A DNA stretch of 64,000 bases, taken from Octopus sinensis. Its lineage: Eukaryota. The stretch is from positions 40,176,001-40,240,000 of the forward strand of contig NC_043000.1 in assembly GCF_006345805.1 (NCBI RefSeq). The letters run 5' to 3'. The translations under genes and the position numbers were made by a program. A model generated the notes under the pieces. That model worked only from the letters and a program-made list of their open reading frames with translations. It did not search any database and was not told where the DNA came from. Positions 12,540 through 23,640 of this stretch are shown piece by piece. Every line of letters begins with the position of its first letter. Position 1 is the first letter of the stretch.

Positions 12540-12603
12540 CATGTACTAAATTTAGTTTCGGCTGTTATTTTCCGCAAGGAAAAGTGCAGCCATCATCAGC
12601 ATG
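12540..12603 (-). ncRNA. Type I hammerhead ribozyme, core intact
   Basis: Minus strand: CATG-CTGATGA-T-GGCTG-cac-TTTTCC-ttgc-GGAAAA-taa-CAGCC-GAA-ACTAAATTTAGT-A-CATG; GUA cleavage triplet; stem III is a perfect 12-nt palindrome. Confidence 0.82.
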
Positions 12604-13048
12604 TCCCAATAAAATGTAATTTGCTGTACTAAATGCCAACACGATACCGAAATATCGCGTGCATGGAGTACGGCCTATTACATTTGAAATATATATTTCA
12701 AATGTCTCTAGTTTTGGCGCGATGAGACCCGAGAAAACTAGCCTGCAGCTAATAGTTAGCAGCAGTTAATTTATCGGTTAGAGAACAAATATTTATATAA
12801 AATTAAATTTAGGGTAAAAATTGATATTTATCAATTAGAACCAGTGGTCTAGCATATTAAAGAAAGAATCCGAAGATTAAAATATTTATATATACCAATT
12901 AAGGACTGAACACGAAAAGTGGACAGTCAACATGCTAGATATAGACGTCAAATCGCCATTCTCCACAAAAAGTCTATGTTCTCAGATCAAACTCAACACA
13001 AAACCAAAACAATAAACAAGTGAAAAATATACGGAATAAATATTTACC

Positions 13049-13110
13049 CATGTACTAATTTAGTTTCGGCTGTATTTTCCGCAAGGAAAAGTGCAGCCAT
13101 CATCAGCATG
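13049..13110 (-). ncRNA. Type I hammerhead ribozyme, second tandem copy, core intact
   Basis: Same fold; differs only by single-nucleotide deletions in the stem III loop and the stem II internal loop. Confidence 0.8.
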
Positions 13111-13325
13111 GTCCCAATATAAAATGTAATTTGCTGTACTAAATGCCAACACGATACCGAAATATCGCGTGCATGGAGTACGGCCTATTACATTTGAAAT
13201 ATATTTCAAATGTCTCTAGTTTTGGCGCGATGAGACCCATATATATATATATATGCATTTTGTTCCATATATATATATATATTATATATATAATATATAT
13301 ATATAATATATATATATTGGAAGGT

Positions 13326-13691
13326 TTGGAGATGATGTACGGTATTAATATTAGAAAAAATGAGGTAATCAGATCGGATGGTTCATATTTATAGATATTT
13401 ATTTATATATTACATTTTTACATATATATATCTATCATATCATTCAGATCATATCATTCGGATTATTAGCGCTTTCTCCCATTCCAGTGGGGTTTTCAAA
13501 TCAAATCAAATTTGATTTGAAAACCCACTGGAATGGGAGAAAGCGCTAATAATCCGAATGATATGATCTGAATGATATGATAGATATATATAATGTAAAA
13601 AATGTAATATATAAATAAATATCTATAATATGAACCATCGATCTGATTACCTCATTTTTTCTAATATATAATACCTGTACATCATCTCCAA
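13326..13691. repeat. Near-perfect spacerless palindrome, ~185-bp arms
   Basis: Centre TCAAATCAAA|TTTGATTTGA at 13510/13511; arms differ mostly by 1-2-nt indels. Confidence 0.92.
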
Positions 13692-14093
13692 TCTTGCGTT
13701 TTATGGTTGTTACGAAAAATTACCTGAGGTGTTAAGATCCAAAGGGATAAGAGCATGTGGTGTGTTGTGTTTTAAATTCAGCATGTTTGCAGGACAGGAA
13801 GTAGTAGTAATTGTGGTCCTGGTTCTTCAGTTCCTGTGTTGTGAGTAAGGGGAGACAACTCTTTGAGTTCTTCAATAAAACCCAAATTATAAAACTATCA
13901 TTTAGCTTCATTTGCATTATCTTTTTTATATAATTGCTTGTTAACTTAACTTTCAGATTTAACACTTTATTTACATTATTTTCTAATAATATAAATCTGC
14001 TGAATAAAAACACAACACAACACATGCTCTTAATCCCTTTGGATCTTAACACCTCAAGGTAATTTTTCGTAAAAAAACCATAAAACGCAAGAT
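13691..14093. repeat. Inverted repeat with ~95-bp arms and ~200-bp spacer
   Basis: ATCTTGCGTTTTATGG...GTGTTGTGTTTT is mirrored by AAAACACAACAC...CCATAAAACGCAAGAT. Confidence 0.88.
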
Positions 14094-14955
14094 ACACAAC
14101 GAACTCACAATGTTCGCGAGAGAACTTATTTTTTAATTTTTGTACATTTTTATCATTATTCTTTTACAAAAAACAATGCAATTTTCTTTTTTTCCCCTTT
14201 CTAATTTTTAAAAAAACTTCTAAAACATAAATATTCTTGACAAGTCATACAATGACGAAAACCGGTTGAATAATATACATTTATATATTTTATCATTTTC
14301 TCATTTTATTAAAATTTTCTTTCATTTGAGCATTCTGCATTTAAAAAAAAATTTGTCCTTACTTATCATTTCTCCACGTGCGGTCAACACAACCCCACCA
14401 TTTATTGATCTATATATATATATATATATATGGAACAAAAATGCAATAGAGGGCATTAAAACGTTCGGACAGATAGACGACACAAAGGCGGACAAAAATA
14501 ACAACAATTAGAAGGGCAGGCAAAAAAGACGGGTCATTCTTGTCTTCCTTTCATCAGTCAAGTAACAGAAGTCACGACCATTTCGGACAGTTACACTTGA
14601 GATGGTTCGATCTGGTCTAAACTAAGAGCATTAGAACCCTTTGTAAGAAAGCTAGCGAATGAGTATGGCAACAAAGACGGAAAAAAACGGAGAACATGGT
14701 ACACAATTACGAATACAACAACAAGAAATAACCACAGGCGTCTTTCGGCTGAGAACGATTATATATATATATTGATATACAATATTTCGTCTATTTAATA
14801 AGACAATCAATACTTCATTTCATTTTACTATATATACTATTTATACTATATATTCTATATTCTACATTAATATTAAAAGAATATAAATAAATCATAAAAA
14901 ATAAGTTGGAATTCTTTGAATAATATATATCCCTCTATACACAATCATACAAGCC

Positions 14956-14999
<44 letters not shown>

Positions 15000-15247
15000 A
15001 ATATATTCACGCACAATACACACACACTCACTTATATATTTATATATGTGTGTATACACACACACACACACACACACACACATGTTTGCACACGCATACG
15101 TTCACCACGCACGTATATGTAAAAGGATACTGTCACTCGCACACGCTTTCGCTAGTTGTTTCCAGTGCCTGCCAAGTCACAAGCAGACATAGAATTCCTT
15201 TCAAGCCGCCCATCTTTGACCCACTGGAACTGCTAGGATGTGATAAT

Positions 15248-15294
<47 letters not shown>

Positions 15295-15751
15295 AAGGTG
15301 AGGAGAAGACACAGTAACAGACGACTAGTATACCTTTCCAGTTGAGAAGACTAAATTAATGGGAAATGAAATAACTTGCACAAGGTTACGTCGTGCTATC
15401 TGACCTAGGAATCGAATCTGTTACACCACGATCATCAGTCCAACGCCCAAATCACTAATCACTTCTTCACGCAACACACACACACTTGTTGATTGATACT
15501 AATGATACCTCCGCAGATGCTGCCGTATTCTTTTAGGAGAAAAGATATGTATTTTATAAAACACGATACAGTGACTTCTTACAGAAGTCAGAAGCCATCA
15601 TCAGTTATTTTATTAAAAGTGACACGCGGTGTATTCTCTGACATTGAATTATTATTATTGTTGTTGTTGTTGTTGCTGCTGCAGTTGTTGTTGCTGTTGT
15701 TGTTATTGTCGGGAATTCTCTGACATTGAAGTATTATTATTATTGTTGCCA

Positions 15752-16455
15752 GGAACTATCATGGATAATTTCCAGATGTCCTTGGCCTGGCAGTGCTACT
15801 GGGAAAACTACCGGTTCGAAATAAACTCTGCAGGCACGGTTGTGCTGTCAGATGGACTTGTCCGAGGTGCGTACAGAGTGACGAAACCGTTCTGCACACT
15901 CTCGTTCAGCGTCCGGGCATTGCTGACTTGTGGAGTTATGTCGAACAGCTACTGTCACGTGTGAGACGGATCCGTAGGTCGGCCGAGTCTGTAGTGATGA
16001 TCGCACCGTCGCTCTCCTTCAATCGGGGAGGCAAGGCAGAATTTCCTTTGCCTGGTGGCTGAGCGAAAGGGGTTGTTCGGTGGACAAGGCTCAAAGGCAT
16101 GGGGACAGATACATTCCTCTTTGGTAGAGCTCTCATTGACTCTTCAAGTTTCACTTGAAAAAGATACTGAGAATGGAAAGAGAAGTGCTATTCTCGAATG
16201 AGTTTACTGAAAGGTGGGTGAAAATTGCGAAAATGGCAAGAGTGGATGGTACCTCTCTAAGCATAGACCTATGAGCCGGAGAGAAGAAACTGGAGATTGC
16301 ACTTGCTCCTGTTGTTTCAGGGAAATCTCGGACAGTGGGGTTCCTCGATTATCCCTAGAGGCCTTCTTGTATCAGGAGGGCTACACCTCTATCATCCTCC
16401 CCACCACTTTCTTTCTTTTCAAACTTTTGTATGCTATGCATGTGTCCCCTCTTTT

Positions 16456-16491
<36 letters not shown>

Positions 16492-16604
16492 TTTTTCTTT
16501 CTTTATTTCTTACATTCCCTTTTATCATTCCATTATATGTAAACCGCCACACTTTGTCTGTCTTTGTATTGTTCCCCTCATACTTTGCCCTTGTGGCAAA
16601 AAAA
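15752..16604 (+). mobile_element. 5'-truncated L1/Tx1-like LINE (ORF2 zinc-knuckle region, 3' UTR, short poly-A)
   Basis: FQMSLAWQCY/GKLPVRNKLCRHG...CPRCVQSDETVLHTLVQRP (degenerate CxxC..H..C of zf-RVT type); T-rich 3' UTR; A-run at 16598-16604. Confidence 0.75.
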
Positions 16605-16649
16605 TGAAAACATCATCATCATCATCATCATCATCATTATTGTTATTGC

Positions 16650-16766
<117 letters not shown>

Positions 16767-17146
16767 AAGTAGTCGCAATGGCACTGAAATGCCAGTGATA
16801 TTCTATAGAAATTATATAATAGTTAAAATGTTGCAATTAGCAACCGATCGATAAAACTGGATAAACAGGTTTTTACAAATAATAAGTATAGTAGTAGTAG
16901 TAGTGGTGGTGGTGGTGGTGGTGGCAGTGCAATAGCGGCAGCGGCAACAACAACAACAATAGCGTGTGAATATTAACTGATCGTGACATTTTTTAATCGT
17001 TATAAAGAGACACTAAGCATACATATTCAGGCACTTACAACCACCCCCACGCAGACGGGCACAAATATATCCACACAAACACACAGACACAAAATACAAA
17101 ACCGCGTGCGCGCGCACACACACATTGGTTTGTATAGATATTGATA

Positions 17147-17185
<39 letters not shown>

Positions 17186-17294
17186 GGCACACATTTGCAT
17201 AAATGCAAATATGTACGCACACAAATGCATTAATTACGTTGAATTCAGGTGAGCTTTGACTAATGGTTCAGTCTTAGGTCACAATGACTCCACC

Positions 17295-18075
17295 TTGTGT
17301 ATGTATGTCATTCTTTAGTTTTATTTCAGGGTGTCTTGCCAATAGAGAAAGACCCGGTTTCTAATCTAGATCCAAGATTCCTTTATTGGAATTTAAACAT
17401 CAACAACAGGGTATGTATGTATGTATGTATGTATGTATATGTGCAGATTTGTATATTTTGTTTTATGTATGCATTCTTATGCATATAGCTGCATATCTAG
17501 ACATGCTCATATATATCTAAATGATAAACTTCTGGCAAGTTTTACAGATTTTTTACAGTTCCAGTGATGGATTGGATCTGTAGTCTTCGAATTAGCTTTC
17601 TCTTTTCTGGTTTTGAGAAGCCTACTTTCTCAAGATTGGTATTTAGGCCGTGCGTTACATATCCCATGGCCCCATTAATTACAGGTATAAACCGGAACTT
17701 GTAATCCGGATAGAATAACTGTAAATTTCTCAATAGTTTATAGTGGCTATTTTCTTTTTTGCTGATCTTTAACTGTGTTGATATCCGCTGGGCAGCCGAT
17801 TTCCTCTAATGTGCAAAGTTTCTCTTCTCCGTCCAAAATCACTATGTCTGGTCTATTATGTTTATATTATATTGACATTCTACCAGTACTCTTTCATATT
17901 ATGCGTAGCTATAGCCACTACTATACTGTGGATCTCATCATACAGTGTCTTGGTTACAATATCATGTCTCATCAGTAAATAATAACGCAATGACATTCTT
18001 AGATAACTGCCTATGATGTGTGTAATATCTTCGGTGTGAACTTCACAAAGCCTTCATCGGTTATCGCATGATAAC
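17295..18075 (-). mobile_element. 5'-truncated RLE-type LINE (R2/R4-like C-terminus) ending in GTAT context
   Basis: Minus strand: R*RLCEVHTEDITHII...MRHD (CCHC-like), RPDIVILDGEEKLCT..EI.CPAD (PD..D nuclease), FRFIPVINGAMGYV...RLQIQSITGTVK; 3' UTR contains an internal (ATAC)n. Confidence 0.85.
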
Positions 18076-18169
18076 CGAATACTATATGCTTTTTCTAGTG
18101 ACAAACTGTCGCTGAACTCGAAAAAGGAGAAACAAGCAATAATAAATCTCTGAGCGAGAAGTAATCAGT

Positions 18170-18440
18170 AGCAGCACGGAATATAGTATTTTTCGTTTGG
18201 AATGAGTTCTCATCGCTAACTGGTGATTATAACGCACTGATGACGGGTTATTACCCAGAAACTCAGGTCTGTATGTATCACGTAAGGCTAGAGATGAGAG
18301 CGATGATTTTCCCTTCGCAAATACTAATCAGACACAGTGTGTCGTTAACCAGCTGGAAGAGATTCTTCCTGGGGCTATAAACTACAGTAGCCTCGTTCCC
18401 TATGAGTCCGTCACATTTAGGTGGCAAATATAATTCGCTA
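18170..18440 (+). repeat. ~270-bp dispersed repeat carrying a hammerhead (second copy at 54350-54615)
   Basis: Co-linear similarity to 54350-54615 along its length. Confidence 0.75.
18231..18275 (+). ncRNA. Type I hammerhead ribozyme; core intact, stems weakened
   Basis: GCA-CTGATGA-C-GGGT-tatt-ACCC-A-GAA-AC-tcag-GT-C-TGT; GUC triplet. Confidence 0.65.
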
Positions 18441-18499
18441 CAACTGTTTACTTCTCGCTCAGAGATTTATTATTGCTATATATATATGTGTGTGTGTGT

Positions 18500-18795
18500 G
18501 GAGCCACATGACCTTGGGGTTAGAGCAGCGAACTCGGGGTCGAGGGATCGCGGGTTCGAATCTCAGACCGGACGATGTGTGTGTTTATGAGTGGAACACC
18601 TAAGCTCCATGTGGCTCCGGCAGAAGGTGATGGCGAACTTCTGCTGATTCTTTCGTCACAACTTTCTCTCACTCTTTCCTCTTGCAGCTCACTTGCGACG
18701 GACTGGCGTCTCGTCCAGGTGGGGAACGTATACGCCAAGAAACCGGGAAACCAACCCTTATGAGCCAGACGTGGCTCGAGAATGAACAAGCAAGA
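18500..18795 (+). mobile_element. tRNA-derived SINE with family-B head/body and a different tail
   Basis: B box GGTTCGAATC; body aligns with 61011 for ~170 nt, then switches to GCGACGGACTGGCGTCTCGTCCAGG...GAAACCGGGAAACC. Confidence 0.75.
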
Positions 18796-18797
18796 AT

Positions 18798-18840
<43 letters not shown>

Positions 18841-18858
18841 ATATATATAATATATATC

Positions 18859-18890
<32 letters not shown>

Positions 18891-18987
18891 TATATATATA
18901 GTTAATCCAAACAAGAAACCAAGAAAAAAAAAAAACACAGCAACGCAGGACGTGGAACAATTAAAGTATTATTGACGCTCAGGAAAG

Positions 18988-19020
<33 letters not shown>

Positions 19021-19037
19021 CTATATATATATGTATC

Positions 19038-19120
<83 letters not shown>

Positions 19121-19350
19121 TACGCGAAAAAGAAGCAACAAGAATGGATAGGTTTTAGTACAATCGTTTCATACAAGGACAGGCTTTATTAAAAGTTGCA
19201 AAAATACAGCATATAAACGTGTCCCGTACTCATCAGCTAAAATACATGTGAGTTCTCTAGACATCCTAGTGGTTGAGGCTATACACATGAAGTAATGTAG
19301 ATAATTAAGTAACATAAACGATTTCCAAAGTTCATTAAAGTTCTTTAAAG

Positions 19351-19404
<54 letters not shown>

Positions 19405-19989
19405 ATGCGTGTGTGTGTGTGTAAGATCCAAGGATCGAGATGTAGGAAGACGGTTAGATTCAAGCAAACCGTAGAAAATATAAAAACTACTTTCAGGAAC
19501 AATAGTGGTTTATGCATATATATCCGTTTGGGGGTGACTCGATACCATATTAGGGATTAGCAGTATTTTTATTTTGATCGAGTCAAACTCTTGCTAGTTT
19601 GAATTTCGTCTGTTGGTGTACACTGTCTAAAGGCAAGTTTTACACACACACACACACACACAAACGCGCACAACTTTATGAGTATGTGTGCACTGTATAG
19701 ATTGAGATATAAGCGAGACTTAGTTTTAAAGACAGTTAGGTATAAAACAGACAGACAAAGCAGGCATTTTAGTCAGTTGAAAGAGCAGTGTGAAAGATTG
19801 GAGTTATATATCAATTGGTTTGTTCGTGTCTGTGGAAAAAGGTCACTCTCACCATCAACACTCAACATAATAAGCTTTTTAACATTCCCTAATGTCGCTC
19901 TTTGACCTGACCTCTAGACAAAGATCGCATTCCTAACCGTCACACACTTTGGAATGTTCTTCTTCACCAACAAACCCCTCTTCACCCAC

Positions 19990-22420
19990 TCCTCCAACAC
20001 CGACCAACACAACTGTCACCACCACCGCCGCCACCACCACCACTATCACCACCACCACCACCACCACCACCACCACCACCACCACCACCACCACCACCAT
20101 CACTACCACTACAGTTAACACTACCACCTGTACTTCTACTACAACTAGTATCACCACTACCACCGCCGCCACTAACACAACCACCACCACCATTATCACG
20201 ATGACGACGATCGCCAACAATACCATCATCAGCACCTACCCCTCACCACCATCTTCATTAGGTCCAGTACCACCCCCACAATTCACACGCCAACTTTTGT
20301 GTAATTTTTTTGTCTGTTCAATAATAAACCATACCTCCACCCATACCAGTACCACCAAAACCACCACCACCACACCACCACCACCACCACCACCACCACC
20401 ACCACAACAACACCAACAACAACAACAACAACAACAGCAACAATAACATCGCCACCACTACTAACACCACCATCATGACCACCACATCAACGACTATAAC
20501 AGTAGCTACTCCTAGCGTTTCAATCAACATGTTGTTGATGCACTACCGCTAGAAACAACAGCAAAATTGCCCTGAAATCACACCCTAGTTTCCTAAAAAA
20601 AGGCTCGTTAGATAATGTGGCCCAATGTTTTCTGGACATAAGAAAAAGGAACTGCCACAACTGGATTAAAAAAAATTTTTAAATCATAAGTCTGGTAGAT
20701 AAGGCTGGGTTAATCTGGGGTTAAACGACAGCAACAATAACCGCAACAACAATAGCAAGTTTAATTTCCTCCCTCATTACGAAAGTTAGGCTCAGTAACT
20801 CTGCCATTAAGCATCCTCAAGAACAGTAATTAAGCAAAGAGCATTACCGCCGCTGCCGCCGCCATCACCACCACTACCACAAGCACCACCACCACCACCA
20901 CCACCACCACCACCACCACCACCACCACCGCCACCACTATCACTACTACCACCATCATCACCACCACCATTTTCACGATGACGACGACGACGACCACTAC
21001 TACCACCACCACAACCATCACTACTATTATAATCACCACCAATTATCGTCCCACTTCATCCGACGATCGTCACTGCCATCGTCCCCACCACCACCACCAC
21101 ACCACCACCACCATTTACGTCGACATCCCCACGTAGTTATTTGACATATTAGAAATAATTGCCAAATCATCGCGAAAACCACACACGGCCAAATTTAAAA
21201 CGGAAGGACATATTGGACAGTGTAGTGATAGCCTATATCTGAATAAAAGACTGGATGGTCATGGATGAAACGCCACTGATCATAGGTGTGCTACACGAAT
21301 AATGCGGCCTGCAAAAAATAGTAACCAAATCTGCCTGAAATAATGATTTCTATAATAAAGAAATCATTATTTCGGGCATGTTTGGTTACTATTTTTAGCA
21401 GTCTAATCGACCATATAATCGGTCCTTCGTTGTTGTGTAGACCTAGGCCGTATTGTTCGTGTAGCATACCTATGATCAGTGACGTTTCAGGACCCATTAC
21501 ATGGTCGCTCGGACTGCTAAAAATAGCAACCAAATCTGCCTGAAATAATAACACCTTGTCTCAAATAATTGTCAATGCTACCAACATGTCAATTATCACT
21601 CTACCGCCAAGCAACGCCACGAAGTGAATTACAACACCAGCTCCATTGTAGGGCTGTTTTCATCACATCCACTACTACCCTGAGCACTGAGACCTCCATC
21701 GTTACCACCATCTTACTTTCGTCGTCGTCGTCGTCATCATCATCAGCAGCAACAACACCACCTGTAGCAATCTACGGTGGCACATCACTGTTATAATTAC
21801 TACTACAACACTCACCACCACCAACACCAACACCAAACTCTCTACCAGCAGCAACACTACTACCACCACTAACAACAACAACAATAACAGCACCACCTTC
21901 ACAACCACTATCTACGTCATCACCGCCACCACTATAATCACCACAACTCACCACGAGCAGCAGCAGCACCCGTACCAGTACCACCGCCACAAGTGCTACC
22001 ACCACCACTACTACCACCATCATCAACATCGTCACCGATGCCATATCCACACTACCACAACACCACGACCACCAGCACCGTTCTCTTCCCCAACATCAGC
22101 ACAACAACCACCACAACTATAACCATTGCCACCACATAATCAGCAGCAGCAGCAATAACACCACTAGAACTATCACTAGTAGCACACTAGTACTTTAACT
22201 ACCACAACTATAAGTACACACTATATCACCACCACCACCGTCGTAATCACCACCACAACCACCGTATCATCATCATCATCATCATCATTGTCATCTTCCA
22301 CACCATACCCATCGCCTCTACAACCATCACCACTACCACTATTTTCAGCGGTAACAACATCAACAACAACATCAACATCACCGCCAATCATAAGATTTGA
22401 ACCAACAAAAAAAACATGGT
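19990..22420. repeat. Extended degenerate (ACC/AAC/CAT)n low-complexity region with interspersed repeat fragments
   Basis: Imperfect trinucleotide runs; source of poly-Thr/poly-Val ORFs. Confidence 0.85.
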
Positions 22421-22654
22421 CAGGATGCCACACGCACAACGCTAGATAACAAACCTATAATCAAAGATGTTCCAAATGTGACCACCAAGTCTTTTTATTC
22501 AGACAGAATATCCAAAACTGAATAGTCCATATGTCTACAGGTGCATACTTAGGGTAGGACCATTCACTCTAGCCATTTTTGTCGCAGCCACGCATCTTTT
22601 CACAAATTAACTGAGAGGTAGCACTTCCCTCACCACCATCACTTTCTTTTCCAA

Positions 22655-22790
22655 ACGGAACTTCAAAAAATCGATGAGAGCACAGGACCAGGAGTTTTTG
22701 AGAGGAGAGGAAGTTGACTAAGACGGACGAAATGCCGCTAAGCATTTTCTTTTGTCCGGCGCGCAAACAGTTCTGCAAGCTAGCATTTAC
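22655..22790 (-). mobile_element. Internally deleted SINE family A, head-to-head with the next copy
   Basis: Reverse complement contains GCAGAACTGTTTGCGCGCCGG...AAATGCTTAGCGGCATTTCGTC joined to a tail remnant. Confidence 0.6.
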
Positions 22791-22814
22791 TTTTAATAAT
22801 AATAAGGCAAACAT

Positions 22815-23020
22815 AAGGCGGCATGCTGGCAGAATCGTTAGCACACAGGGCGAAATGATTAGCGGCATTTCACGTTCTGAGTTCAAATTCCACCGTGGTC
22901 GACTTTGTCTTTCATCCTTTCGGGGTCGATAAAATATGTACCAGTTGAGTACTGGCGTCGACGCAATCGACTTACACTTTCCCTGAAATTGCTGGCCTTG
23001 CACCAAAATTTGAAACCAAT
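22815..23020 (+). mobile_element. tRNA-derived SINE, family A
   Basis: Well-preserved copy with A-box-like TGGCAGAATCG and B-box-like GAGTTCAAATTCC. Confidence 0.88.
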
Positions 23021-23029
23021 AATAAAACA

Positions 23030-23640
23030 AACACTCTCTCCGTTACTTCTCGCCAATTGGTTAATCCCTTTGAGAAGTATACTGAGAAAACCCAGACTTG
23101 CCTGCGAGCTTGCTAAAGCCAATTACATAACTTATCCTGTACGGATGACCTCAAACTGTAAACGAAAAAATGAAAAATATCTGGACTCTCTGACCCAGAT
23201 AGTAAGAATATTCAACAATGATACTGGTGTGCAGTTCTGAGTAAATAAAAGTGCCGTTTTAATTATCAGAGACCGAACTATGAAATCTGATGGTGTAAAA
23301 TGAGAAGATGATATTGTTAGATTGCTGAGAGATAATGGAGGATATTGTTAGATTGCTGAGAGATAATGGAGGACATGAGTATCTAGGCATACTGCAGGAC
23401 GATAGGATAATTGAAAGAAAAATGAGGGGAAGTCTCGAAAAGGATTAGGAAGATGCTGAATACAAGAATAAAGGGAGTATTATCAAAGCAATGAATACAT
23501 GGATATGTCGGTGGTGAGATACTCCTGTCTTATTGCAATATGGAGGAAAACAGAGCTACAGGGATTCAATTGAAGAAATGGGGAGCTGCTCACAGTTAAC
23601 GATGCGCTCTACCCTAAAGATAATAACGACAGGATCACGA
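23030..23640 (+). mobile_element. Dong/R4-like LINE RT fragment
   Basis: LSPLLLANWLIPL, a decayed H..F.DDLKL motif and YLGILQ; 31-bp tandem duplication at ~23330-23392. Confidence 0.7.

Larger units (their letters stand above)
12386..13238 (-). repeat. Tandem direct repeat, 509-bp period, ~1.7 copies, each with a hammerhead ribozyme
   Basis: 12386-12730 is repeated at 12895-13238 with only about six small differences. Confidence 0.93.

Noticed and set aside
18040-18070. In-frame TGA at a zinc-knuckle Cys position (R*RLC) as possible selenocysteine
   Set aside because: The copy is decayed and a single TGY>TGA change explains it; no SECIS recognised.
19210-19240. CTGATGAGTACGGGACACGTT on the minus strand as a hammerhead
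   Set aside because: The GAAA core is absent; at best a decayed remnant.
19949-20446. Mucin-like Thr/Pro/Gln-rich 165-aa ORF
   Set aside because: Built from imperfect (ACC)/(AAC) runs like other low-complexity tracts here; no signal peptide or exon context seen.
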